Source: an uncultured Nitrospiraceae bacterium
GTDB taxonomy: Bacteria > Nitrospirota > Thermodesulfovibrionia > Thermodesulfovibrionales > SM23-35
DNA length: 64,000 bases
Assembly (NCBI GenBank): GCA_963727775.1
Contig: CAVSHB010000001.1
Location: 1,152,001 to 1,216,000 of the forward strand
Direction: 5' to 3'
A model generated the notes under the pieces. That model had not been told where the DNA came from, ran no database searches, and saw only the letters and a list, made by a program, of their open reading frames with translations. How positions within the stretch are numbered: the first letter of the stretch is position 1; every line of letters begins with the position of its first letter. Both the position numbers and the translations under genes were made by a program. Shown here piece after piece: positions 19,954 to 29,325 of this stretch.

Positions 19954-21642
19954 TCATTTTGGAGGTTGCTGCACAGAGCCGTTATAAAAGACCTCGCATC
20001 TGCCGCCTTGAATAAAGCGTTTTGCCTTCCTGTAGAGATTGAAGATTGGGCCGCCAAGGGACTAGACTGCACTCACCGCGCCGACCTGGGGACTGCCGAA
20101 GGGACCGCTGATGCCTTGTGTGAATTTTGCGCATCCCTTGTCATCAAGAAGCGCCACTATTACATTATCATATCGTCCGCTGACAAGATTGAGCTTGCCC
20201 TTAAGTGCAACCCGATTATTGCGCGTTGCAAGGGCACAGTCCGTGGCGTCTGCCACACCGTCCCTGATCTTCCAGTGGGAGATGAACTGTGTGATGGCGC
20301 CTCGCCCTCCCCGGGTCTGGTTGTAAACGTCCCCATAACGGTATCCCTTGAGCACAACGTTGCTAAGTGGGCCGGCGATGAAGAAAGCGCCGAGGTCGAC
20401 GAGATTGAACTTCTGGCTCGTCTCATACGATGAGAGAACCTTATCGAGGTCCATCGTATAAATGACGAGATTATCACCCCGGAGAGAAAAAGTACCGTTC
20501 ATGCCGCTCATCAGATCGCGATTTCCTTTTTCTTTCATCGTCAGCGAGGCATAAAGATTACCCTTCCCGCCGATAACTTTCTTTGTGCCGAAGGACTCCT
20601 GAAGTTTTTCGAAGTCCAGCTTCGATAGCTCCAAATTGATTTTATACACAGCATCGTCTTCCGACTTATCTGCCATGGCATCTCCCTCAGCCTTTGCGCC
20701 GAAGATATCCATGGTAAGGGACTTGAGGTAGATTACTCCCTTATCCGCTTTTACAGGACTCTTGACGTTGTTGATCTTAAGGTCCTTTTTCCTCACCTCC
20801 TTGCAGTCCATGGACCCGGTCAATGAGATGTTCTTTATAATAGCCCCTGAGGTATCCGCTACCGAAAGATCCTTGATAGCAAGATTGATTTCTTTCAGTT
20901 CGGTCTTTTCACCTGCCTTCTTGTCAAAGTAGACGAGGGCTCCGATCGTGATAGGTTCGAAATTGTATATCCCCTTGACTGCCTTCACAGGGGCCTTGAG
21001 ATTCTCGATTCTGAAGTCCTTTTGCAACACCTCTCTGCAGTCGAAGCTTCCTTTGAACGAGGCGTTCTTTATGATGTTCCCTGCTATCGAGAGGTCCTTG
21101 ATAGCCAGATTGAAATCCTTAAACTCCGTCTTCTCTCCCGTCTTTTTGTCTATATAGACAAGTACCCCTTTGGACAGCTTGAGATCATTTAAACTGAAGG
21201 TTGCTCCGGTTCCCCCTTCCGTGGATTTCTTTTCAGTGCCTTCAAAATTATATTTCCCATCGGCGTCCTTCAAGATGGTGACGGCAGGTTTGACAAGCTC
21301 GCAACTGGTGACTTTGAGTTGCTTCTTCAGCAGGGGTATCAACTCTGCCCCCAGCTTGAGGTTTTCGAGGAAAATGATTTCGCCTCCCTTGTTGGCGACG
21401 TGGATATCCTTAGCTGATATGCCAAAGGGAAAGAAAGAGAGCCTCATCTTACCATTGATCCTGACATCCAGGCCGGTCGCCCCGGAGGCAGCAGCCTCGA
21501 TGCGGGGCCTGTAGGAATTTATGTCGAAGGTGAGGACGAAAATAACCACTACCAGAACTATGGCTGAGGCGCATCCGCCAAGGACAAAAAGGACTTTCTT
21601 CTTCTTCGCATTCATTGTAGGAATACCATGCTGACTGCCCAC
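19954..21642 (-). CDS. AsmA family protein with an in-frame TAG 36 codons before the apparent true end
   Basis: N-terminal TM anchor plus DINSYRPRIEAAASGATG. The frame continues past TAG (20062-20064) to TGA at 19954 as SLGGPIFNLY...CEVFYNGSVQQPPK. Confidence 0.8.
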
Positions 21643-21839
21643 AAAAAAGTCTGGTACTTTCTGCGCATCTCAGCCTCCGTTCAATTTGCAAATCTTGATT
21701 TCAAGGTATCACACAAGGGTGTGCAAGTCAAACGACTGTCAAGCTATCAAGTTTCGTCGAAAATTGTCAGGTAAGAAAGTCCTTATAAAATTGATAAAAT
21801 CTTATTGACAACCAATCAACATTTTGATAAAAAATAAAC

Positions 21840-23471
21840 ATGAAATTTAAAGATAAAACAAAAGAGCAACTTATAAATCAATTAGCAGAACTGCATCAGC
21901 GTATTGAGGCTTTGGAAGCAAAAGCAACCAAACGCAAGAAGGCAGAGGAGGCGCTGAAGGTATCAGAAACCCGTTATCGGAGGCTCTTTGAAACTGCTCA
22001 GGACGGGATACTACTTCTTGATGCAGACACGGGACAGATGCTGGACGTTAACCCCTTCCTGTTAAAGATGCTGGGATACTCGCATAAGGATTTTCTGGGA
22101 AAGAAACTATGGGAAATCGGTCCTTTCAGCGACATTGCAGCATCTAAGCTCCGATTTTCAGAATTGCAGACAAAAGGGTATGTGCGGTACGAACATTTGC
22201 CGCTTGAAACAAAAGAGGGTCGTCTTATTGATGTCGAATTTGTCAGTAATGTCTACCTCGTTGATCAGGAAAAAATTATCCAGTGCAACATCCGCGACAT
22301 CACTTTACGTAAACAGGTGGAGGGGGAATTGCGGAAGGCATATGATGAGATGGATCTGCGCGTGAAGGAACGGACTGAAGATTTGGTCGAAGCAAATCTT
22401 CAGCTCTTGCGTGAAATAGAGGAACGCAGGAAGGCAGAGGAGTCACTGCGGGAAGCGCTTAATGAAATCGTGCAATTAAAAGACCAATTGCATGAGGAGA
22501 ATATCTACCTCAAGGAAGAAATTAATCAGATACACTTACATAAGGATATCGTAGGCAACAGTGAAGCGATCAGGACCGTTTTGAAGCAAATAGAACAAGT
22601 GGCTCCGACAGACTCGACGGTTTTGATCTTGGGGGAGACAGGTACAGGAAAGGAATTACTCGCTCATGCGATCCATAACCTGAGTTCCCGCAAGGGGCGG
22701 CTCATGATTAAAGTCAACTGTGCCGCTTTGCCGCCGACCCTCATCGAAAGTGAACTGTTCGGCCGCGAGAAGGGCGCATTTACTGGCTCTCTGTCAAAGC
22801 AAATAGGCCGTTTTGAGCTTGCAGACGTTTCAACGATTTTTCTGGATGAGATCGACACCCTGCCGCTGGAACTACAAGCCAAGCTGCTTCGGGTACTGGA
22901 GAGCGGCGAGTTTGAGCGTCTGGGCAGCCCCCGGACCGTGAAAGTCGACGTCAGAATCATTTCCGCGACAAACCGCGATCTTGCCGGGTTCGTCAGCGAG
23001 GGCGGGTTCCGGGAAGACCTTTACTACCGTTTGAACGTTTTTCAGATTACCGTGCCGCCTTTGCGTGAGCGTCGGGAGGACATATTGCCGCTCGTATGGT
23101 CTTTTGTACAGGACTTCAGCAAGCGGATGGGCAAGCGGATCGAATCAATACCGCAGAAGGGCGTTGAAGCTCTGCAAGCGTATCCCTGGCCGGGCAACGT
23201 AAGGGAACTGAGGAATGTTACCGAGCGTGCGATGATAATCACCACCGGATCTGTGCTACGTTTGGATGTACCAACGATTGCGCAGTCGGGTTCAGAACAG
23301 TCAGGTACTCTCGAAGAAGTTGAGAAACGGCACATTATCGAGGCTTTGAACACCACCGGATGGCGGGTAAGCGGCAAGGACGGTGCAGCAGAGATTTTAG
23401 GCATCAATCCAAAGACGCTTGAATCGAGAATGCAAAGACTGGGCATCCAAAGAAATAAGAAAAATGCCTGA
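21840..23471 (+). CDS. PAS-domain sigma54-dependent transcriptional activator (FhlA-like EBP)
   Basis: PAS, GETGTGKE, GAFTGS, FLDEI, WPGNVREL, C-terminal HTH. Confidence 0.95.
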   Translation: MKFKDKTKEQLINQLAELHQRIEALEAKATKRKKAEEALKVSETRYRRLFETAQDGILLLDADTGQMLDVNPFLLKMLGYSHKDFLGKKLWEIGPFSDIAASKLRFSELQTKGYVRYEHLPLETKEGRLIDVEFVSNVYLVDQEKIIQCNIRDITLRKQVEGELRKAYDEMDLRVKERTEDLVEANLQLLREIEERRKAEESLREALNEIVQLKDQLHEENIYLKEEINQIHLHKDIVGNSEAIRTVLKQIEQVAPTDSTVLILGETGTGKELLAHAIHNLSSRKGRLMIKVNCAALPPTLIESELFGREKGAFTGSLSKQIGRFELADVSTIFLDEIDTLPLELQAKLLRVLESGEFERLGSPRTVKVDVRIISATNRDLAGFVSEGGFREDLYYRLNVFQITVPPLRERREDILPLVWSFVQDFSKRMGKRIESIPQKGVEALQAYPWPGNVRELRNVTERAMIITTGSVLRLDVPTIAQSGSEQSGTLEEVEKRHIIEALNTTGWRVSGKDGAAEILGINPKTLESRMQRLGIQRNKKNA

Positions 23472-23499
23472 TATATCAGGAGAGTCCTGATATATCAGA
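23467..23499. promoter_or_regulatory. Tandem palindromic enhancer (UAS) sites
   Basis: CCTGATATATCAGG (23467-23480, perfect palindrome) and CCTGATATATCAGA (23486-23499), 100-130 bp upstream of a -24/-12 promoter. Confidence 0.7.
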
Positions 23500-23599
23500 A
23501 GTCGACGGCTTTCAAAGTGTCATTTCTTCATCGTAGCTTTCGCTGAAATCTCAATGTTTTCAACATCATAGAAACTCCTGCCCTGTCAACAAACAGTCA

Positions 23600-23615
23600 T
23601 GGCACATATTATGCT
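23600..23615 (+). promoter_or_regulatory. sigma54 (-24/-12) promoter
   Basis: TGGCACATATTATGCT, exact GG-N10-GC spacing. Confidence 0.8.
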
Positions 23616-23713
23616 TTTCATTACAATACAATAGCAAACACCAAAGCATGTTTCCTTTTGATGCGACAGGTGCATCAAAAAAGAGCATTAACATTTATCG
23701 AAAGGAGAGAAAA

Positions 23714-23847
23714 ATGATAAGGAAGAGCGCACAGCAGCAGTGCTTCTTATGTGTATCTGGACCCTCTCAGGCTGCTATACCGTCCACGGTGTAGGTCAGG
23801 ACATAGAGGGCGGCGGAAGGGCCATCGAGAGGTCTTCAGGAAAATAG
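23714..23847 (+). pseudogene. Entericidin A/B-like lipoprotein, frameshifted near codon 6
   Basis: RBS AAGGAG plus ATG. The shifted frame reads AAVLLMCIWTLSGCYTVHGVGQDIEGGGRAIERSSGK*. The 134-nt span is not a multiple of 3. Confidence 0.7.
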
Positions 23848-23879
23848 TACAGTAAATAAAGACAAAGAAGGAGGAGATT

Positions 23880-24059
23880 ATGAGAAGACATGTTATTAGC
23901 TTAATATTAACCATTATTCTGCTTATCACATGTTCTGGCTGTTTTTGGGACCGCGGCCGTGGAGGAGGGTATGGCGGTGAACATGAGCAGCATGACCGTG
24001 AAGGGTATGGTGAACGCGACCGCGGAGGACACGGTGAGCACGACGAAGAACGGCATTAA
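23880..24059 (+). CDS. Small Gly/His/Glu/Arg-rich lipoprotein (59 aa, below ORF-track cutoff)
   Basis: GGAGGAG RBS; MRRHVISLILTIILLITCSGC-FWDRGRGGGYGGEHEQHDRE... Confidence 0.75.
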   Translation: MRRHVISLILTIILLITCSGCFWDRGRGGGYGGEHEQHDREGYGERDRGGHGEHDEERH

Positions 24060-24111
24060 GTGGATGATAGATCGGGATCCGATGTCTGAATCTTGGTAGC
24101 CAGGAGGCACT

Positions 24112-24447
24112 GTGATACTATCGACATTAAGAATGATTGTCCAGCCCGAAAGGCGGAGTGATCTTTTAGAAACGATACGGGTGATGCTCGAACCCACACG
24201 GGTCGAAAGGGGCTGCCTGAGTTACCGTCTATATGAAGATGTAGAAAACAGAAATGCATTCGTCCTGCTGGAGGAATGGGCGACACAGGAAGATCTTGAG
24301 AGACACATCTCTAAAGACAATCAGCGGCAGCTCCTCGTGCTCATGGATCTCCTGAGCGAGCAACCTGAATTGCGGTTCAACACTGTGTTACACACGGCGG
24401 GAATGGATCTCATTGAAAATGTCCTCAAGGCAGATGGCCCGGGATGA
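24112..24447 (+). CDS. Antibiotic biosynthesis monooxygenase (ABM) family protein
   Basis: PTRVERGCLSYRLYED...FVLLEEWATQEDLERH; AGGAGG RBS. Confidence 0.85.
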   Translation: MILSTLRMIVQPERRSDLLETIRVMLEPTRVERGCLSYRLYEDVENRNAFVLLEEWATQEDLERHISKDNQRQLLVLMDLLSEQPELRFNTVLHTAGMDLIENVLKADGPG

Positions 24448-24544
24448 GAAAAATATTAGTGCCCTCTCCTTTGGGGGAAGGATGTGCTGACGGGTTCGAT
24501 GTACGACCGAGAGGCATGATGTCATATGACAAAAGGAGGTTGCT

Positions 24545-24694
24545 ATGCTTTGGACGATCTTTGTGATACTTGTGGTGCTTTGGATGTTGGGGCTGGTGAG
24601 CGGTTACACGATTGGCGGATTCATTCATATTTTGCTAGTCATCGCAATCGTTGTGGTGTTGATTAGGATCATTCAGGGGCGAAGACCTGTATAA
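24545..24694 (+). CDS. lmo0937-family small membrane protein (49 aa)
   Basis: MLWTIFVILVVLWMLGLVSGYTIGGFIHILLVIAIVVVLIRIIQGRRPV; AGGAGG RBS. Confidence 0.85.
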   Translation: MLWTIFVILVVLWMLGLVSGYTIGGFIHILLVIAIVVVLIRIIQGRRPV

Positions 24695-24761
24695 ATGATT
24701 TGCTGGTTTGAATGTGCACGGTTAGTACTATTAACGGGCATTCTAAAATAGGAGGAGAGAA

Positions 24762-25325
24762 ATGAAGAAAGCTATTTTATTGACAGTACTAATGGTTTTT
24801 GGATTGGCGTTGTTTTCGGGCTGCGCAACTACCCAAACATGGCCGGATTCTGAAAGGAATGCAGAGAACAAGATGGTTGTAATCCAGGAGAAGATTGGGG
24901 ATGGGCTGAAAACCGGCGCGCTTACCCCTGATCAGTCACAGATGTTTCTGACGACACTGAAGGGTATTCGAACAGACTATACGGAGCTGAGAGACAGAAG
25001 GGTCTACCGCGACGAATGGGACAAGCTTCTTGGAAGACTTGATGCGCTTGGAGAGGAAATCAACAGAGCGCTTGCCCGGCCTGTAAGAATTGAAGAACCA
25101 AGGAATGGGGACAGGATTGTCTCACTCCAAAAGAGAATTGATGATGGAAGAATCAACGGGCGCTTGCCTATGACAGATGAGAGAGAATTTCAAGCCAGAC
25201 TGGACTCCATTCGGCGTGAATATATGCGGATGACGGAAGAAGGCAGATACTCGACTCACGAGGAGAGAACAGACATTTCCCATCGGCTTGACTCATTGGA
25301 AACGGATATGAATCGGTTCCGGTAG
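24762..25325 (+). CDS. Helical-repeat lipoprotein
   Basis: Lipobox FSGC; two internal repeats (IGDGLKTGALT / IDDGRINGRLP). Confidence 0.8.
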   Translation: MKKAILLTVLMVFGLALFSGCATTQTWPDSERNAENKMVVIQEKIGDGLKTGALTPDQSQMFLTTLKGIRTDYTELRDRRVYRDEWDKLLGRLDALGEEINRALARPVRIEEPRNGDRIVSLQKRIDDGRINGRLPMTDEREFQARLDSIRREYMRMTEEGRYSTHEERTDISHRLDSLETDMNRFR

Positions 25326-25345
25326 AAATTTTCATAACTATTACA

Positions 25346-25915
25346 CCCTGCGGTCTCTGCCGCAGTTCCGATGTACGTAGCGCAGTTGGAGGAAAATACC
25401 AGTAGGTTGATAGAATACCTATGGGATGGTAGATATTGAGCAGGACATATGGCGGTGGTATCACAATATTTCGGAGTGTTACTATCACATACAAATAACG
25501 GTGAAGTATCGGAAAGCACTTTTGGACAAGAAAGTAGAAGGAGCGATAGTAGAAGCTCTGAAAGGATTAAAAGAGAGGTATGCGATAGAGATCAGTACAA
25601 TTGGATTTGATCAAAACCATATGCATATACTGTGTCGATATTTACCGAAATATTCAGGAGGTCAGGTAATCAAGATAATAAAGAGTATAAGCGGGAAGAA
25701 AGTATTTGAAGAAAATCCTGAGGTGAAAAAAGATCTATGGGGAGGAGAGTTTTGGACAGATGGGTACTATATCGCAACGATCAGCGGCAAAGGGAATAAA
25801 CAAGTAATTGAGAAATACATAAGAAATCAAGGAAGAGGCAAAGACCTTGAGCAGGTCAGGCTGTTTGAATTTTGACTTTGACGCCCTGCGGTCTCTGCCG
25901 CAGGGTTCTTCACAA
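25346..25915 (+). mobile_element. IS200/IS605-family element (IS200-like, tnpA only)
   Basis: Subterminal hairpins CCCTGCGGTCTCTGCCGCAG at 25346 and 25884 flank a Y1 transposase. Confidence 0.9.
25426..25875 (+). CDS. tnpA: IS200 Y1 (HUH) transposase
   Basis: YHIQITVKYRK, NHMH (HUH), FWTDGYY, catalytic Y in KYIRNQ. Confidence 0.93.
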   Translation: MVDIEQDIWRWYHNISECYYHIQITVKYRKALLDKKVEGAIVEALKGLKERYAIEISTIGFDQNHMHILCRYLPKYSGGQVIKIIKSISGKKVFEENPEVKKDLWGGEFWTDGYYIATISGKGNKQVIEKYIRNQGRGKDLEQVRLFEF

Positions 25916-26055
25916 AAATCATTTGTAGACGTAAACCGTTTTAACTGTCGGGATCAATGAAGGCAGAGCGGGCATAAAGGAGGTTAGAAAGGAAAAGGTT
26001 TTTTCTGGCTAGGCGAGGTTGTTAGAAACAAGAAATTCACCAGGGAGGTGTAAAG

Positions 26056-27039
26056 ATGCAAGCAAAAACTGCAAAGAGAGTGCTCATGGTCATCATTGTT
26101 GTGCTTTCCATGAGTTTTCTGATCGGATGCGCGGGGAGGATGTATGCGCCAAAAGAAGGAAGTGCAATATGGTACTACCATCCGGAGTTGCCGGAAGCGG
26201 ACAAGGCTGTAGAAGATGCACGTAAGGCAGGCAAGGACAAGGAATGTCCTGAGGAATTCAAGGCTGCATACGACCTGAAAGAAGAAGCCTATCATACATA
26301 CTGGGCATGCCATACCGCTGAGGGAATAGCTATGGCCAAGGAGGCAACTGCGAAAGCAAGAGCCCTTTGTCCGCCTCCAGCGGCCTGTGCTTTGACAGCA
26401 TCACCGGAAGAGATTGAAAAGGGCAGATCTGCTACCATTACTTTTTCGACATCAGGAAAAGTAAAATTTGCAATGCTGGATGCGGAAGAGGTTGCCGTCA
26501 CTGGTACTACAAAGACGGTAAGCCCGACAACCTCTACTACCTATACCGGAGTGGTAACCGGTTTAGGCGGCACGAAAACATGCGGTGTGACCGTGACAGT
26601 CGCATGTCCGCCACCGCCGCCACCGCCACCACCAACGGTTTGTACGCCACCGCCACCACCGCCTGCGGCAAAAGTCATCGCCCGTCTGACAATCCATGTC
26701 AACTTTGATTTTGACAAATCGGATATCAGAAAAGCCGATGTGGCAGAGTTGAAGAAAGCCAGTGACTTTGTCAAGAAATACCATGGCGCCAAGGTAAGAC
26801 TGGAAGGGCATACTGACGGTAAGGGAACCGAAGAATACAATCAGAAACTTTCAGAAAGAAGGGCGGAAGCAGTTAGGCAGTACCTCGTTAAAGAGGGTGC
26901 TGTTGATGAAGCAATGATTTTGTCCACAGGTTACGGTAAGTTAAGACCCATTGCTCCAAACAAGACACCGGATGGCAAAGATAATCCTGAAGGAAGGGCT
27001 GAAAACAGGAGGGTAGAAATTCTTATCATATCTGAATAG
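26056..27039 (+). CDS. OmpA-family lipoprotein with poly-Pro linker
   Basis: Lipobox LIGC; VNFDFDKS, EGHTD, YNQKLSERRA, NRRVE. Confidence 0.92.
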   Translation: MQAKTAKRVLMVIIVVLSMSFLIGCAGRMYAPKEGSAIWYYHPELPEADKAVEDARKAGKDKECPEEFKAAYDLKEEAYHTYWACHTAEGIAMAKEATAKARALCPPPAACALTASPEEIEKGRSATITFSTSGKVKFAMLDAEEVAVTGTTKTVSPTTSTTYTGVVTGLGGTKTCGVTVTVACPPPPPPPPPTVCTPPPPPPAAKVIARLTIHVNFDFDKSDIRKADVAELKKASDFVKKYHGAKVRLEGHTDGKGTEEYNQKLSERRAEAVRQYLVKEGAVDEAMILSTGYGKLRPIAPNKTPDGKDNPEGRAENRRVEILIISE

Positions 27040-27162
27040 GTTTATGTTAGGGAGAACAAATTCTTCGGGGGAAGGATTTTATGCTCCTTCCTCCGAAGAG
27101 GGTTTGTTTACACGTTAATGCTGCAATCGGATGATTGCACATCTAAAGACAGGAGGAGATAA

Positions 27163-27477
27163 ATGAAGAAGGTTATTTTTATGACAGTGTTACTGGTTTT
27201 TGGATTGGCCTTATTTTCTGGCTGCGCCTCTATGACGGGCGAAACAGCAGGTGAAAATATCGACGACTCAACGATTCATACGAAAGCTACTGCGATAGTA
27301 GTTAAAGACCCGGATGCTCATTATTTCAAGATCGATGTGTCGGTTACACAGGGAGATGTTGTGCTTACGGGTTTTGTGAATAGCAGAGATACCGAAGATC
27401 GGCTGGTAGCACAGATCAGGGAAATCAGGGGCGTGAAATCCGTGAAGAGCCTCTTGAAGGTGGAAAAGAAAAAGTAG
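27163..27477 (+). CDS. BON-domain lipoprotein
   Basis: Lipobox FSGC; IDDSTI...IDVSVTQGDVVLTGFV...GVKSVKSLL. Confidence 0.9.
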   Translation: MKKVIFMTVLLVFGLALFSGCASMTGETAGENIDDSTIHTKATAIVVKDPDAHYFKIDVSVTQGDVVLTGFVNSRDTEDRLVAQIREIRGVKSVKSLLKVEKKK

Positions 27478-27549
27478 ATGGATAAGGGGCATTCCGCGAA
27501 AACACATTTATCCTGAATTTCCGGAGCGCCCCTTCAAGGAGGTAACAAA

Positions 27550-28344
27550 ATGAAAAGGTCATTTTTGGGAATATTACTTTTGGCGTTGGTAATTGCAGTT
27601 CCTATTCCAGCGATGGCAAGGGTAGATATAGCCGTTAGTATTTCTCTGCCGCCGCCCATCGTATTTTCCGCACCACCGGATGTGATAGTGATGCCTGATA
27701 CGAGCGATGTTTACGTTGCTCCCGACATCGATGTAGACCTCTTTTTCTGGAATGGTTGGTGGTGGCGTCTATGGGAAGGTAGTTGGTATCGCTCACATTA
27801 TTATGACCGGGACTGGGGTTACTATAACAATGTTCCAAGTTTCTATTTTGATGTGGATCCAGGTTGGAGGGGATACTACAGAGACCATAATTGGTACGGG
27901 CACCGATGGACCTATGAACGGATTCCTCACCAACGACTTCAACAGAATTGGAAGGGCTGGAAAAATGATCGACATTGGGAAAAGCAAGGAACCTGGGGCA
28001 TCCAGAGTTATCAACCTCGACCACAAAAACAGAGACAGGAACTAAGACAACAAAGGCAACAGCAATATCAACAGAGGCCTGAGGTTCAGCAGAAGCAAAG
28101 ACAACCTAAGGAGAAAGTTCAGCAGCAACAGCAAAGACAACCTAAGGAGAAAGTTCAGCAGCAACAGCAGAGACAACCTAAGGAGAAGGTTCAGCAGCAA
28201 CAGCAGCAAAGACAGCCTAAAGAGAAGGTTCAGCAGCAACAGCAGCAAAGACAGCCTAAAGAGAAGGTTCAGCAGCAACAAAGACAACCTAAGGAGAAAG
28301 GAAAACCTGAAAGAGGAAAGGAAGAAAAACAGGATAGAAATTAG
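27550..28344 (+). CDS. Exported Trp/Tyr-rich protein with Gln-rich low-complexity tail
   Basis: Signal peptide; FFWNGWWWRLWEGSWY; C-terminal RQPKEKVQQQQQ repeats. Confidence 0.8.
   Translation: MKRSFLGILLLALVIAVPIPAMARVDIAVSISLPPPIVFSAPPDVIVMPDTSDVYVAPDIDVDLFFWNGWWWRLWEGSWYRSHYYDRDWGYYNNVPSFYFDVDPGWRGYYRDHNWYGHRWTYERIPHQRLQQNWKGWKNDRHWEKQGTWGIQSYQPRPQKQRQELRQQRQQQYQQRPEVQQKQRQPKEKVQQQQQRQPKEKVQQQQQRQPKEKVQQQQQQRQPKEKVQQQQQQRQPKEKVQQQQRQPKEKGKPERGKEEKQDRN
28078..28300 (+). repeat. Coding tandem repeat, about 6 units of 33-39 bp
   Basis: AGACARCCTAARGAGAARGTTCAGCAGCAACAG(CAG)CAA units differing in CAG/CAA count. Confidence 0.95.
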
Positions 28345-28419
28345 GATGACAAAAGGTTCACTCGCCAATCAAAAGAGGCTTGTATTTATCAAAGGGCTCG
28401 CGTTGCCCCCTCTCCAGTA

Positions 28420-28552
28420 CAAAAGGTGATCTTGTGACGTTGGGTGGCAAGGCCGGGATTGCAGCCGAAAAAGACCTGGTGAGCAAACTTGTCAACGACG
28501 TAAAGAGTGTGAAGAACGTAAGGAACCAGATGACCATCGAGGAGTCCAAACA
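28420..28552 (+). pseudogene. C-terminal fragment of a BON/OsmY-like protein
   Basis: KGDLVTLGGKAGIAAEKDLVSKLVNDVKSVKNVRNQMTIEE with no signal peptide or RBS. Confidence 0.6.
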
Positions 28553-28653
28553 GACTCTTGATCTTTGTGCCGGCTTGCGCATCTCGCGCCAGCCGGCACA
28601 ATGCCACTTGCGCACTATGTTAATGCGGCCCACCGCTGCCAAGGAGTTAAGGC

Positions 28654-28869
28654 ATGTCAATTTTAAAGAATATTATTTTGGTTTTTTTCAGCTGCATGAT
28701 TATCGTTTCTTTTACCGCCTGTAAAAAAGAAGGGCCTGCCGAGCGTGCAGGAAAGAAAATAGACGAGACTGTAGAAAAGGCCGGGGACAAGATAAAAGAG
28801 TCAGCAGAAAAAACAGGTGATAAAATTGAGGAAGCCGGGGATAAAATGAAGGAATCTACTAAAAAATAA
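28654..28869 (+). CDS. Small stress-type lipoprotein (helical repeats)
   Basis: Lipobox FTAC-KKEGPAERAGKKIDE; KAGDKI repeats; AAGGAG RBS. Confidence 0.8.
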   Translation: MSILKNIILVFFSCMIIVSFTACKKEGPAERAGKKIDETVEKAGDKIKESAEKTGDKIEEAGDKMKESTKK

Positions 28870-28935
28870 GATGGATGACAGGAAGAGTGGCTCCTGAAAA
28901 AACGTTACATTAATCAATTAAAATCAGGAGGATTT

Positions 28936-29325
28936 ATGGATAAATCGTCTCACCATATAAAGATGTGTGAAAGCGTAAACGTGATACAAAAGCGGTGGAA
29001 ACCCGAGTTTGGAGACTTTTTTATCTCGATGTCATTAGGCCTGACTTCACAAAGTCAGCCAATTACAAGTGACCTTGAGAAGAAGGTATCTTATTTAAAG
29101 ACAATAAAGGCTGTTTGGCTTCCAAGACAAGACCAGCTACAGGAGATGGTAATCGAAAAACATGCAACGCCCTGGGATTTAGCCATAGCATTCAGTAATG
29201 ATTTAATGGGTGAAGATGCATCATACTTCGAAAAATTTGATAGTATGGAAAAACTATGGCTTGCATTTATCATGTTTGAAAAATACAAGAGGAAATGGAA
29301 AGAAGGAGAGTGGATTCAATCATGA
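28936..29325 (+). CDS. Conserved-looking hypothetical protein
   Basis: AGGAGG RBS; WLPRQDQLQEM and FDSMEKLWLAFIM motifs. Confidence 0.75.
   Translation: MDKSSHHIKMCESVNVIQKRWKPEFGDFFISMSLGLTSQSQPITSDLEKKVSYLKTIKAVWLPRQDQLQEMVIEKHATPWDLAIAFSNDLMGEDASYFEKFDSMEKLWLAFIMFEKYKRKWKEGEWIQS

Noticed and set aside
20062..20064. Pyrrolysine recoding of the asmA TAG
   Set aside because: No pyl genes or other amber-interrupted genes seen; a nonsense mutation is more parsimonious in a decaying island
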